Below are positions 44,660 through 57,300 of a stretch of 64,000 bases of DNA, piece after piece. The DNA comes from Chrysemys picta bellii. Lineage: Eukaryota. A program made the position numbers and the translations under genes. The stretch lies in NCBI RefSeq assembly GCF_011386835.1, contig NC_088803.1, positions 5,456,001 to 5,520,000 on the forward strand. The letters are read 5' to 3'. Position 1 is the stretch's first letter; each line of letters starts with the position of its first letter. Below the pieces are notes generated by a model that was given only the letters and a program-made list of their open reading frames with translations, was not told the DNA's origin and searched no databases.

Positions 44660-46830
44660 GAGTGAGGGGCACCGGCAGAGCTGGGGGGGCAGGGGGCTGC
44701 GGGTCGGGAGTGGGGGGCACCGGCAGGGCTGGGGGGGAGAGCCGGGGGGGCAGCGGGCTGCGGGTCGGGAGTGGGGGACACCAGCAGGGCTGGGGGGGAG
44801 AGCCGGGGGGGCAGGGGGCTGCGGGTCAGGAGTGGGGGACACCGGCAGGGCTGGGAGGGAGAGCCGGGGGGGCAGGGGGCTGCGGGTCGGGAGTGGGGGG
44901 CACCGGCAGGGCTGGGGGGGAGAGACGGGGGGCCAGGGGGCTGTGTGTCGGGAGTGGGGGGCACCGGCAGGGCTGGGGGGAGCAGGGGGCTGTGTGTCGG
45001 GAATGGGGGGCACCGGCAGGGCTGGGGGGGGAGAGCCGGGGGGCCAGGGGGCTGTGGGTCGGGAGTGGGGGGCACCGGCAGGGCTGGGGGGGAGAGAGCC
45101 GGGGGGGCAGGGGGCTGTGTGTCGGGAGTGGGGGGCACCGGCAGGGCTGGGGGGGAGAGCCGGGGGGGCAGGGGGCTGCGGGTCGGGAGTGGGGGGCACC
45201 GGCAGGGCTGGGGGGGTCAGGGGGCTGTGTGTCGGGAGTGGGGGGCACCGCGGTTCTGGCGGCGGATTTACAACCGGGCTGCGTGACCGAAATGGCTAAC
45301 GGGGGTCGGAGCCGCTGAAGGAGCTGGAGACAGACGGAGAAGATCCCCCCCCCTCCCCTTCCCCCCCCCCCCCGGTGCCCCCCCCCCCCGCCCCCTCCCC
45401 CGATTGTCACAGTCAATATTTAATCTCTCCGGACGCGCCTGGCGGACAAAAAAAGGAGGGGATGAGATGCTCCCCCCGGCTCCCCCCCCCCGATCCCAGA
45501 CACCCCCTGGGCGCGGGGGGGGGGGAGGAGGAAAAGACAAGGGAGGAGAAACACAAACAGCTCCCAGCCCGCCCCCCCCAACAGACCGATTTCCCCCCCA
45601 AACCCTGAACCCCCCAGTCCGGATCTCCCCCACTGAGCCCCCCCAGCACTCCTAGACCCCCCCCCCCGCCCCTGAGCTCCCCACTTTCCCCCAGCCCAGA
45701 TCCCCCCACTGAGCCCCCGAGCTCCCCCGGCGCTGAAGAGACACCAGGGGAATGTGGAAGTGGGAGGAGATTCGGGGGGGATTCGGGGCCCCCCTCCCCA
45801 CCCCCCAACGCCCGCAGACGCCCCCCCGAGGGACTTACCTGGGCCTGAGGGAGCCTGGGTCGGTGGGGGCGGGGGGCGAGAGCAGGAGCCGGGGGGGGAC
45901 GGGAGAGGAGCCGGAACCGCTGTCTGGACACGGAGCGAGGGATGCGGAGACGGAGCCGAGTCCTGCCCGCCCCCCCCCCCCCACGCCTCCTTCGCTCCGT
46001 CCCTGCCCCCCCCCCGCGCCTCCAGCTGGGGGGAGAGATAAGAGCCCCCCCAAACCCTCCTCCGCGTCTCCCTCCCCCCACAGACCCCCCCCCGCCCCCC
46101 ACTCCCGACCCGCAGCCCCTGCTAGCCCAGCCCCACCCCAAAAAATGTGATTGTTTTTGAATGAACTGTTGACTCTAACGGGGGAGATTTATGGGGAGCA
46201 GGGACGGGGGGACCCAGCGGGGCCCATTAAACTCTCTCGACAGCCCCCCCCCCCCGCTCCTATTATCCCCAGCTGGGAGCTTCCTCCCCGTGGGTCACAA
46301 CAGCGAAAGTTTATGGATGTGAATTAGAGACAATCGCCGAGGGGCCTCCAGCCCTGGAATATAAATAACCCAGAGCTGGGGGGGGGGGGGGGGGGCTGCA
46401 GGTCAGGCGTGAGGGGCACTGGCAGGGTGGGGGGCAGGACTGGGCTGGCAGGGGCTGCGGGTCGGGAGTGAGGGGCACCGGCAGGGCTGGGGGGGGGGGC
46501 AGAAGGTCAGGAGTGAGGGGCACTGGCCAGGCGGGGGGGTGGGGGGCAGGGCTGGGCTAGCAGGGACTGCGGGTCGGGAGTGAGGGGCACTGGCAGGGCT
46601 GCAGGGTGGGGGGCAGGGCTGGGCTAGCAGGGGCTGCGGGTCAGGAGTGAGGGGCACCGGCAGGGCTGGGGGGGCACAGCAGGGACTGCGGGTCGGGAGT
46701 GAGGGGCACTGGCAGGGCTGCAGGGTGGGGGGCAGGGCTGGGCTAGCAGGGGCTGCGGGTCAGGAGTGAGGGGCACCGGCAGGGCTGGGGGGGCACAGCA
46801 GGGCTGCGGGTCGGGAGTGAGGGGCACCAT
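44660..46830. repeat. gcagggggctgcgggtcgggagtgaggggcaccggcagggctggg minisatellite blocks (44660-45250, 46390-46830; also 43000-43250)
   Basis: Tandem units of about 45-60 bp flanking the CDH24 first exon. Confidence 0.8.
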
Positions 46831-49800
46831 TGACTAGTGTTTCATTAATGGCCCTAGAGCCCCCAGGCGCCCGGCTAGTGGTGGGGGGGTTGGTACTTTT
46901 TGCCCAAGCAAATGTGGGAGGAATGGGGGGATGGGTGTTGTTCCCCTAGTCTCTGGGCCCCTCCTGCACTGGGACAGTTGAGGGCAGAGGGGCAGCGCGG
47001 GGTGTATGTGAATATCAGATTTGGGGGGGTGGCCAGTTAGCCTTAGAGACTGGGGTTAAAGGTCATGGGGCTAGGGGAAAAAAAAAAAGCACCAAATAGC
47101 TTCCCCCCACTTTAGGAAATCTCTGCTCCAGCCCCCCTGTACCCCCCCGTGGTGACGGGGGGTTGGTGCCTCCCCAAGGTATGGGGCAGGAAGCTCCCCA
47201 CCTTGTCTCCCCCTCCCTAGGGCAGGGGGACCCCCCTCCATCCTGTAGCGATTCTTACCGAGTCCCTCACTGTGGTATCTGGCACCTCAGGCCCCAGTCC
47301 CATGGTGAGGCTGTGCCCCCATCCAACGCCCATCGCCCAGGGCCCAGTAGCAACCTCCCAACCCCACATTTTTCACACTAACATTGTTTTTGGTATTGAA
47401 AAAATAGCCCGAAACCCCCCAACTTCGCTCCATAGAACACACTTTTCTTCAGCATCAAGAGAGAAAATGTTTGATCTTTTCCTCGCCCTTGACCCAGCCA
47501 AAATCTCAGCTCTCCTCCCATCTCCCCTCATTTGTACCAGTTTTATTTATTCCTTTGTACTTTGAAAACCTGCACGGATGGTTAAAAAACAAGACCAGCT
47601 CGGTGCCTCCACTTTTTATTTTCCAAGCAAACAGAAAACTGATAAAAGCAAAGGAAAGAAAACGTGACAATGTTTTTTCATCCCAATTTCAAAGATGTTT
47701 AGCCTGGGGAAAGCTGGATAAATCGTCCCGTTCTCTCATGGCCAGAGAAATGCCCCCACCCCTGAAAAGTGTTAAATTACAGCGATGACGACACCCCCCC
47801 CTTTTAATATTTCTGATGCCACCTCCTAGGAACAAACAGGACAAAAATACTAAGAAAGGTCACAATTTTGTCCCATTCTCCAAAATCTTAATTCTTGGCA
47901 CCCTCAAAAAATTAATAAAGGTTAAAAATAAAACCAGCCGCTACTTTTTCTTCCTTTTAAACTATGTTAAATGTTCCCCCCAACTTGCAAAGAAGGAATG
48001 AAAAACGGGCCCAAAGTCATTTGAAGATGTGGGCGGGGATGGGGGGGGGGGGGGGAGAGACGGGGACGTCCTCATGGAAAAGAGCAACCAGAAAAGTCCC
48101 ACCTTTGGTTTGTTTTGAACCCTGGAGAGGTGGGGCCGGGTCAATGCTAATCTCACTTGGTCGATGTTCAAGCCGAGGAGAAAGTTACCGATGTGCAGAT
48201 GTGTTGCTCGCATTGGGTCCATGTTAGGCGTGTGCCAGAGGCACCGTGGCTGGAGATTTTCCTCTAGTGGTACCCTAGGGGCCAGTCCTGGTGCCCCCTG
48301 GAGCCCCATACTTGCCCTGGACCCTCCAGTTCCTTCTTGTTAGCGACTGAGACAGCGAGGATGGAGGGCGGGTCATGGACTGGACGTGAGCAACATCTCG
48401 AAGAACAAGTTACGGAGGTTAGTCACCGTCTCTTCTTCTCCGACTGCTGGCTCCCATCCATCCCAAGCAGTGGCCCTGGCAGAGGGCTCGGAGTTCACGG
48501 ACCCCTCTCCCAACGCTGGCATCGCCCGGGCCTGCTGAGTGAGGGTGTAGCGGGCTGCAAAGGGATGGACCGACACTCACGTTGCGGCTCTCCTGGATTG
48601 GTAGCGGCCCGAGGAAAGCAGCAGATGAAGTCCTTGCAGAGCGAGCTGTGACAATGACCAGAGGGGAACGGGCAGGTATCCAGTCCGAGATCCACTAGGA
48701 GATCCTTTGTTCTGTCCGCCACCAAAGAGCTGCATCGATGGGCAGAAGGGTTTAGTCTGGTTGGTGCAGAAGGCCAGGACCCACCAAATGTCTAAAGGTA
48801 CGGAGGCAACGTTCCTCGGCTGAATCACAAGGAAGACAGGCAGAAAAAAATGTCCTGGCTGTTAGGGAGCTGGGACACCATCTTCGGCAGAAAGGGCGGG
48901 TGGGGACGCAGCCAGACCTTGTCCTTGAAGGACAATCAGAAGTGGGGGGCTCTGGTTTTGGGAGGCCACCTTCCATGAGAGCAGCAGCCGGGAACAAGAT
49001 GCCAACAGCTCAAAGAGGGGACTCCCCCCCCCCCCCCCCCCCCCAGGAACCTCAACAGCACCAGACTCAGGTCCCTTGGGGGAATTGGGTGATGGACCTG
49101 AGGGCGGAGCCTTTCCAGACCTTTCAGGAACCTGGCCATTGTTGCATACGAGAAGTCTGATTTCCCGTGGAGTGGAGGATGGAAGGCCAAGATGGCCACC
49201 AGGTGGACTTTGATGGACGACAGGGCCAGAACTCGGTGCTTCAGGTGGAGCAAGACTGGGTGCAGAGCAGACGGAGATGGGGACAGACCCCAATCCGAGG
49301 CCCAACACATGAAACGCTTCCACTTGGCCACACACGTCGCCCTGGGAGAGGGTTTTCTGCTACCCGTAAGATTTGCTGGATCTGCTCCGAGCAGGCCCAG
49401 TCCTCAGGGTTCAGCCATGCAGCAGCTGAGCCATCAGATGCAAGGATGTGATGTTCAGATAAAGCAACCGACTGCCGTTCTGCAAGAGAAAGTCCAGGCG
49501 TAGCGGGAGCTCGAACAAGGCCGCCAACGACCGGTCCAGAAGCATGCTGAGCCACCGGGGCTCTCAGGATAACCCTCGCCCTGTCTCTCAGTCTTTAAGA
49601 GGCCCCTGTGGACCAAGGGTGTTCGTAGGAAGGTCTACAGCAGTTCCCCCGCCCACAAGAACAGGAAGACATCAGAGGCTGAGCCCATATGTTGAGAAAA
49701 CCCGCTGGCATTTCCTGTTCCGTCTGGAGGGGAACAGGTCCATCCGGGGAAGCCCCCGCCTCCAGAAGACAGCGCTGACGACCTCTGGGTGGAGGGACCA

Positions 49801-50306
49801 CTTGTGGGGAGAGAAGGGCCTGCTGAGGAGATCCGCCCCCACGTGTCCCGGGAACTCAAGGTGAACGGCACGTTCCATGCAGAAGTCCCACAACTGAAGA
49901 GCAGAGCAGCGAGCTCCGCCTTGCTTGTTGGAACAGGGTCTCTGGCAGGTGCCTCTGGCCCAATGGAGTCAAGCATGGCTCCTACAAACGCTACCCTCTG
50001 AACCGGTAGCGGAGTTGATTGGTTTGTTTATAAGCAGAGCCAGCTCCCGACAGGTGCCCATACCATGCTGTGTCGGACCGGAGCCCGTGAATGGCCTTGG
50101 ACTGCCGTTGTCGAGGTACGGAGATCTGTAAACCCGACGGCTCAGGAAAGCTGCCACCACCGCTATGCGCTTTGTGAAAACGCTTGGGGCTGACAAGAGA
50201 CCGCAGGGGAGTGCAGTGAATTGGTAAGGGCGCTGCTCCAGCACGAACCAGAGGAATTGCCCGTGCCCACGGAAGATGGAGATGTGGAAATAAACATGCT
50301 TTAAAT

Positions 50307-51021
50307 CTGTGGCTCTCAACCCTTCCAGACGACTGCCCCCCTTTCCGGAGTCTGATTTGTCTTGCAAACCCCAAGTTTCACCTCACTTAAATCACTTACA
50401 AAAGCAGACAAAAATACAAGTGTCACAGCACACTAGTACTGAAAAACTGCTTCCTTTAAGAACATAAGAATGGACAGACCGGGTCAGACCAAAGGTCCAT
50501 CCAGCCCAGTGTCCTGTCTCTGACAGTGGCCAATGCCAGGTGCCCCAGAGGGAATGAACAGAACAGGTGATCATTAAGTGATCCATTCCCAACTTCTGGC
50601 AAACAGAGGCTAGGGACACCATCCCTGCCCATCCTGGCTAATAGCCATTGATGGACCTATACTCCATGAATTTATCTAGTTCTTTTTTGAACCCTGTTAT
50701 AGTCTTGGCCTTCACAGCATCCTCTGACGAGGAGTTCCACAGGTTGACTGTGCATTGTGTGAAAAAATATTCTCTCATTGTTACCATATAATTATAAAAT
50801 AAATCAACTGGAATATAAATATGGTACTTACCGTTCAGCGTATAGTCTATAGAGCAGTATAAACAAGTCATCTGTATGAAATATTCGTTTGTACTGACTT
50901 TGCTAGTGCTGTTTCAGTAGTCTGTTGTAAAACTAGGCAAGGCTCTAGATGAGTTGATGTACCCCCTGGAAGACATCTGCGTACCCGGTGGGGTACATGT
51001 ACCCCTGGTTGAGAACCACTG
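50307..51021. mobile_element. Non-autonomous hAT (Charlie-like) MITE inserted in the DIRS RT
   Basis: Terminal inverted repeats CTGTGGCTCTCAACC / GGTTGAGAACCACTG (13/15). 8-bp TSD CTTTAAAT (50299-50306) / TTTTAAAT (51022-51029). Splits the RT at AVLDLK|...DLKHVYF. Confidence 0.88.
50457..50770 (-). mobile_element. 5'-truncated CR1 LINE 3' end inside the hAT MITE
   Basis: YFFTQCTVNLWNSSSEDAVKAKTITGFKKELDKFMEYRSINGY* (CR1 ORF2 C-terminus), then 3' UTR and ATTCTTATGTTCTTA tail. Confidence 0.9.
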
Positions 51022-54000
51022 TTTTAAATCAAGAACGGCGTTCCCATCTCCTGGATCCAGGGAGGGGATGATGGAGGCCAGGGAGACCATGAGGAACTTG
51101 AACGTTTTGAGGTATTTGTTGAGACGATGCAGGTCCAGGATGGGCCTGAGCCCCCCCTTTAGCCTAGCCCCCCCCCCCAGCCCCCAGATCTCGAGGAACT
51201 TCCTCCACAGCCCCCACACGCAGGAGGGCTTCCACCTTGGACGAGGAGCGGCTCCGGAGGAGGGTCACTGAAGAGGGATGGGGTTGGGGGATAAGAGGGG
51301 GCAATGGATAAAACTGCCCCAGTGGTGAGCACCCAACGGCACAAAGTTCTCCGAGACCAGGCAGAGTGGAAGGGAAACAAATTGTCTAAAAACGAAAAAA
51401 GAGGGGCTGGATCCTGGGAAGAGTCCGGTATATCGTCCTCGGGCCTGTCTTGAGTTCCTGGCCCGACTGGGGGGCCGAGGACAGGGAGGGCTGCTGGCGC
51501 TTGCTGTCTCTCCAGTTTCTTGTAGGCCTCGCTCCTGGGAGGCCCCGAGAAGCTGAGAGGTGGTTGTGGCTGGAAGTATCTTTGAGGCTGAGAGTGCGTA
51601 CAGGCGCAGAGAACATGGCGTGACCCCAGAGCCCTTCAAGCTGTGCAGCTCAGGGGCCGTCCGGGACCGACGGCTGAGCCTAGTCAGAAAGACCCAAAGT
51701 CCACAGCCGCACAGACCCAGCCGATGCCACAGATCTGGTGGCCCCATCGGCTGTGTCTAAGGCGGTCTTGCCTCCCGCCAGGATGCCAACAGTTCCGGCC
51801 TCGACTCCTTGGCCACGGAGTTCCAAATATTAAAGCTGTCTCTCCCCAGCAACGCCCGCTGGTTGGAGATACGAAGTTGTCGGCTGGCTGTCGAACACAC
51901 CTTTCTACCAAACCAATCGAGTCTTTTCACGGCCTTATTTTCAGGGGTGGTGCTCGCTCGTCCCTGTCTGCCCCGCTTGGTAGCAGCTGAAACCACCAGG
52001 GGCTGCTTCTTCCTCCATTGCGACCGATGGAAGCTCGGTACCGGGGTCGGAGTCCAAACCCGGGTGCGGCGCTGGGGTGCGCCTCGGAGACCACCGCGGC
52101 CGACATCTGGGAGTAAGGTCCATGGGTTCTAATAAGGCCAATGGGTGGCCGAGCACCTGCAGACAGACCCGCCCCGGGGTCCGACACGTATGGCTGGTAC
52201 CGGTGCCTCTTCGGGGGAGGGATGGATTAACCCCGGAGCCTGATGAGGATTCCTCCCTCGGGGACCATGGCAGAGCCCTTGCCATGGCCACATACCGGCA
52301 GTGATGAGGGGCTGGGGAGCGGCGTTGGGCCGGAGACTGGTGCTGTGACACCCTCTGGAGACTGGTGCCGAGAAACTGGGGACCAGGAGGCCGGTGAACG
52401 GTGCCGTGAAGCTGGAGACCTGCATCGGGTTGGAGACCATGGTGGGCTCCCCCCCAGAAGGGGCCGGTCGATGTTCCAGGATGTGGGGGGCACCGGAAAA
52501 GACATTAAGTCCCTCACTGCCTGGAACGCCTCCAGGTGTCGATGGAGCTCATAGGTGGAGGGTGCCCAGGAGTCGGTGATGGGTCCTGGACCAGGTTCGG
52601 CGCCTCGGGGAGTTGCTGCTGGTGCCTGTGGTTTGGGGAGGACGACTGGCCTGGCCTGGGTCTCCCCTTGTCCCCTGCCTAGTCCTCTGAGGCACCAGGG
52701 AGCATCCTATTCATGCTCGCTGTTTCTTGTGCCTCTTCCTTGGCACGGGAGACAGAGAGCGGTGCCGGGAGGGGCACAGTGCGCACCAAGGCCGATGTCC
52801 CCGGTCTAAGAGACACTTCCAATAACGGGGTCTTCAAACCAACGTCCCTGTCCTCCGCTCTGCGGGGTCCTGCAGATCTTGCACCTGTCCCTGACGTGAG
52901 CTTCCCCGAGGCACTTTGAGCAGCTCGCATGCAGGTCGCTCGCTGGCCTGGGCTTACGGCAGGCGGCTCACGGTTGGAAGCCTGGCACCCAAAGCGGGAC
53001 AACGAACTAAAGAACTGAAGTAAAACTCCACGAGCAAGTCCAAGAACCACTAGGAAACTTGCAATCACAAGAGACGTCCCGGGCAGCAAGGAACTGAAGG
53101 AGGCGGAGCCAGTGGCCCCATGAGCACGGGGCTCCAGGAGGTGCTAGGCCCAGCCCCTATGGACACCACTAGGGGGAAAAATCTCCAGCAACCGTGCACG
53201 CGGCATGCACCTAACATGGAACGGACGCGAGCATGCACGTGAAAGCCCCCCCTGCCCCATCCCTTTCTTCCAATTGTCATCCTGGGAAACTATTTTCTCT
53301 CCTTCACGGATTTCACTGAGCTGCTTTAAACGCACAAAGGGGGAGAATGAGGAAAACCTACATTTTTAAACTGGCCTATTGGGCATTTTTTTAAATTAGC
53401 CTAAAAAACTAAACATTGTTTTAAAAAAAGTTAACCCTTTTTTAATCAATTTTAAATATTTTAAGATTTTTTCCCCAGGAGGCAGAGAGTCATTTCTCAT
53501 TCAATGGGAACGTTTGTATCGTTTTTGCACCTGGGGAAGTGTTTGAAAAGGGGGCGGGCAAAGAAATGGCTAATCCCATTCCTGGAAAAGTTAAGGGCCG
53601 GGTCCCTCGTTTCTCTCGGGGTTTTAAACCCTGCAAAGCTGCAGAATTGGTCCCTCACCTGGCCTGTTGCTTTGGGGCCGTTTCAAACCTCTCAGGGCGT
53701 TTCCCACTTGCATTTAAAGGGTTTTTATTACAAAGAATACCACTGGGAAAAGGGCCTTTCCCCTTAACAACTGTGGCCTGGTTAACGAGCGACGTCACCC
53801 GGAGACACTTTCAACTCTGCCAACGTTCCCCCTTTCCCCAGCTGAGAAATGCCGGGGTGCGGGTGTGAATTTGGGGTGGCAGGAGCAAAGCCACCACTTG
53901 GGAAAACCCAGGGATTTACGAAGGGATTTGCTTGATTTTCCCCCAAACACCCACTCACTTCTTCCGTCTGGTCCTGGTAGAAGCCTCACAGCAGAACGGG

Positions 54001-54379
54001 GGCAGGACGCTGGGTAGATTTTGGGGGGGGCTGGCTGTACCTTGGGGGTGACCCCCAGTGCCGCCCAGGGGCCCCGATCCTGGCGCTCGGCCTCCCAAGA
54101 ATCACACACACCCCTCACGTATGAAACTAACTCCGGCTTTTATTCCTCTCGATTCCCAGCGACAGCAGAATAAAAAACATTTGTCCCAAAATAAAATACA
54201 AATTAACGGGGTTCAGGGGGAAATCTGGCCCGGGGGGGGGGGCAGTAGGGGGAGAGGGGATCTGCCCAGTGGGGGGAGGGCAGACTCATCCAACTCAATA
54301 ACCCAGCAGTCCCCGGCAGAGCCCGGGGTGGCCCCATGGGGGGCTGGGCCCACCTCCCACACAGCTGCCCAACGGGGGC

Positions 54380-57300
54380 TCAGCGGCGCCCCCCGCGGTC
54401 CCTCACTGGGGTGCTGCGGCTCCGGCTCCGGCTGTGCCTCTTGGCCTCGCGGCGCTCCCGGCCCCCCCGCTCGGTACCGCTGGCCCCCCCTGGGGCGCCC
54501 CCGGCCCCCCGCTCCCGGCTGTGCTCGCGTCGCTTGTCCCGCTCAGCCTGGCGGCTCCGCTCCCGCTGGCGCAACTCCTCCTCCTCCAACTCCTTGCGGC
54601 GCCGCTCCCGCTCCCGCGCCCGGGCTGCCCGCTCCGCCTGCTTCTGCACGAACTGAGAGAGACGGGGTGAGTGCCGGGCCGGGGAGCCCCTGCTCCCCAA
54701 CCCCGGGGAGCCGCCCGCTTGGCTCCCGCTCCCCCACATCCCCCGGGGAGCCGCCCGCTAGGCTTCCGCTCCCCCACCCCCGGGGAGCTCCCTGCTCCCC
54801 CTCATCCCCCAGGCCGCCCGCTCCCGCTCCCCGCTCCCCCTCATCCCCCAGGCCACCCACTCCGCTCCCCCTCATCCCCCAGCTCCTGCACAAACTGCGA
54901 GAGACGGGGTGAGTGCTGGGCTGGGAGTCCCTGATCCCCAGCCCCCAAGGAGCCCCCCGCTCTGCTCCCCCCCATCCCCCAGGCCGCCTGCTCCTGCACG
55001 AGACGGGGTGAGTGCTGGGCTGGGAGCCCCCAATCCCTCCCTAGAGCCCCCCAGTGAAATACCTCCCTGCCCCATGGCACCAGGTTCCGCACTGAGCAGG
55101 GGCAGGGAGCCGGGCGCCCCCCTGTGCTCACCTGGGTGTCGGTCAAAGGCAGCCAGTAGATGCAGGGGGCGGCCTTGGTCTTGCGGAAGAGATCGTCCAG
55201 CAGCTTTGCGGGAGGCTCCTCTGGGGCTTTCTCTGGGGGGGAGGGTGTCAGGAGGTCAGTGTGGGGCTTGGCAGGGTCGTGCCCCCAGCCAGCCCTCCAC
55301 GTCCCCAGCCCCCACCCCCGCAGCCCAGCCCCCACCCCAGCCAGCCCTCCATATCCCCAGCCCCCACCCCCACCGCCCAGTCCCAGTACCTTTCTTCTCG
55401 CCCTTCTTCTCCTTGGCCTTGGGCGGCTCCTTGCGGCGGCGCTCGCGGGAACGGGAGCGGGGCCCCTCGCGCACCTTGTCACGGTCCCACTCGCGCTCAG
55501 CCCGCGTGCGCTCCCGCCGCTCCATCTCCCGCTCCCGCTCCGCCCACTGCTCCCGCGCTGCCCGCTCTGGCTCCCGCGAGCGCTCCCGGGGGGCTGAGCG
55601 CCGGCCCCCGCGCCCACCGGCCGGCCCGGCCCCCGGGGCCGCCGCTGCTTCCACCGCCCGCTCCGGCAGCAGCCCCCGGTGGAAGTCCAGCTGAGGGGAG
55701 AGAGGGGGTCAGAGGTTGCCCCCTGCTCCTCCCCCAAACTGCCCGCCCCAACCCCTGCTTCCCCCCCAACTCAGGCTCTGCTCCCCTCCAAAATCCCCCC
55801 AGCCCCCCAACCCTGCCCCAATATCCTGAGTGCCCTGACTCCCACCAACTCCCCCAACGACCTCCCACAAACTAGCCTTGAGCCCCCAAACTCCTCCCCC
55901 TGACAGAGCCCCACAGAGTAATCCAGCTGGGGGAAGGGATCAGAGCAGCGTAGTGCCCCCCAACACCGAGCCCTACTGGCGGCTGGTACCTCGTCCTGCT
56001 CGGCGAAGTCGGCGGACAGGAACTTGGGGTTGGACTGGGGCCACTTAACCCCGTGCAGGGCGTTGCGGGTCAGCACCGCCTCCTCCACCGTGGAGTACTG
56101 TGGGGGAGAGAGAGAGCTGAAGCAGGGGCGGTGGGGCCGGACCCCTGGCGGGCGGGGGGACAGGCGGGGACACTCACTGTGACGTAGCAGTGCGATTTGA
56201 TCTTGTCAATCCAGAAGGCTTCTTCCACCAGTGTCCCCGTCCGGCCCAGCAGCTCCTTCAACTGGCCCAGCGTGAAGGGCCGCACCTGCAGGAGAGGGGG
56301 GAGGCTGAGCGGGTGAACGCGCCAGGCAGAGCAGGGCTCCCACCTCTCCGGAGCAGCGTGAGCCCGGGCCAGCAACCCCTGCCCGTTCACGCCACACCTG
56401 GCAACAGACCGGGCAGGGTGCGGGAGACCCAGGCCCGACTGGGCTCGGAGCCGGGCGCCGACCGAACAGGGTGCGGGAGACCCAGGCCCGGCTGGGCTCG
56501 GAGCCGGGCGCCGACCGAGCAGGGTGCGGGAGACCCAGGCCTGGCCCCAGCCCCCACTCACCAGGTTGCAGATGTGCACGATGGGGCTCGGCTTGGCGCG
56601 GGGGGGTGACGGGAGCTGGGCCGTGCGCACGGGGTCATCGATGGTGATGGAGACGCCCGAGCGCTGCTGGCTGATGGAGCGGCGCGTCAGGGTGTCGCTG
56701 AGTGTCACTGCGGGGGACAGAGAGGGGTCAGACAGCCATGGGGGGGCCCCTGACTCCCCCAGCCCCTCAAATGCCTCCCTGAACCCTGATCCATCCCCCA
56801 CCCCCCGCTCACTCCCATGGTCTCTGCTTCCCCCACTGATTCCTGTGACCCCCCTAGCCCACAGGCTGCCCCCCCAGTCCAGGCACCCATGCTCTCCCAG
56901 CCCAGCCTTGCCTCACACTCCAGGAACCCCCAGCCCCCCACACTGCCCAGAGCCTAGCCTGGCCTTGCCCCCCAGCCCATCCTGGCCTCGATCCCCAGTC
57001 CAGGCCCCCGCCCCACATGCTGCCCCCCCACCTAGCCACCACCACTCCCCCAGGTCAGCCCGGCCTTGCCCCCCACCCCACATGCTGCCCCCCCACCTAG
57101 CCACCACCACTCCCCCAGGTCAGCCCAGCCTTGCCCCCCACCTCACATGCTGCCCCCCACCCCAGTCCTGACCTTTCTTGACTTCGTGCTCCACAGGTGG
57201 GGGCAATGGCAACTCTGCTGTGACCTGGGGGGCCTCAGGCTGCTCTTCCTCAGGCTCCTTCTCCTCCTCCTCTTCCTCCTCGCCCTGCCCGTTCTCCTGC

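Larger units (their letters stand above)
48190..53250 (-). mobile_element. Degenerate DIRS-type (tyrosine recombinase) retrotransposon with inverted terminal repeats
   Basis: Inverted repeats at about 48204-48307 and 53128-53235, with an ICR-like segment at about 48380-48450. Gag zinc finger SCSKCLGEAHVRDRCKIC near 52900; RT LRPILDL..LNKYL near 51130 and DLKHVYFHI...YQFTALPCGL..AP near 50250; RNaseH/MT ADLLSR...WSLHP...DLF near 49800; YR motifs at 48500-49250. Many stops and frameshifts. Confidence 0.88.

Noticed and set aside
49021-49045. Long C-run inside the DIRS recombinase region
   Set aside because: Simple homopolymer expansion in a dead element, possibly inflated by sequencing.
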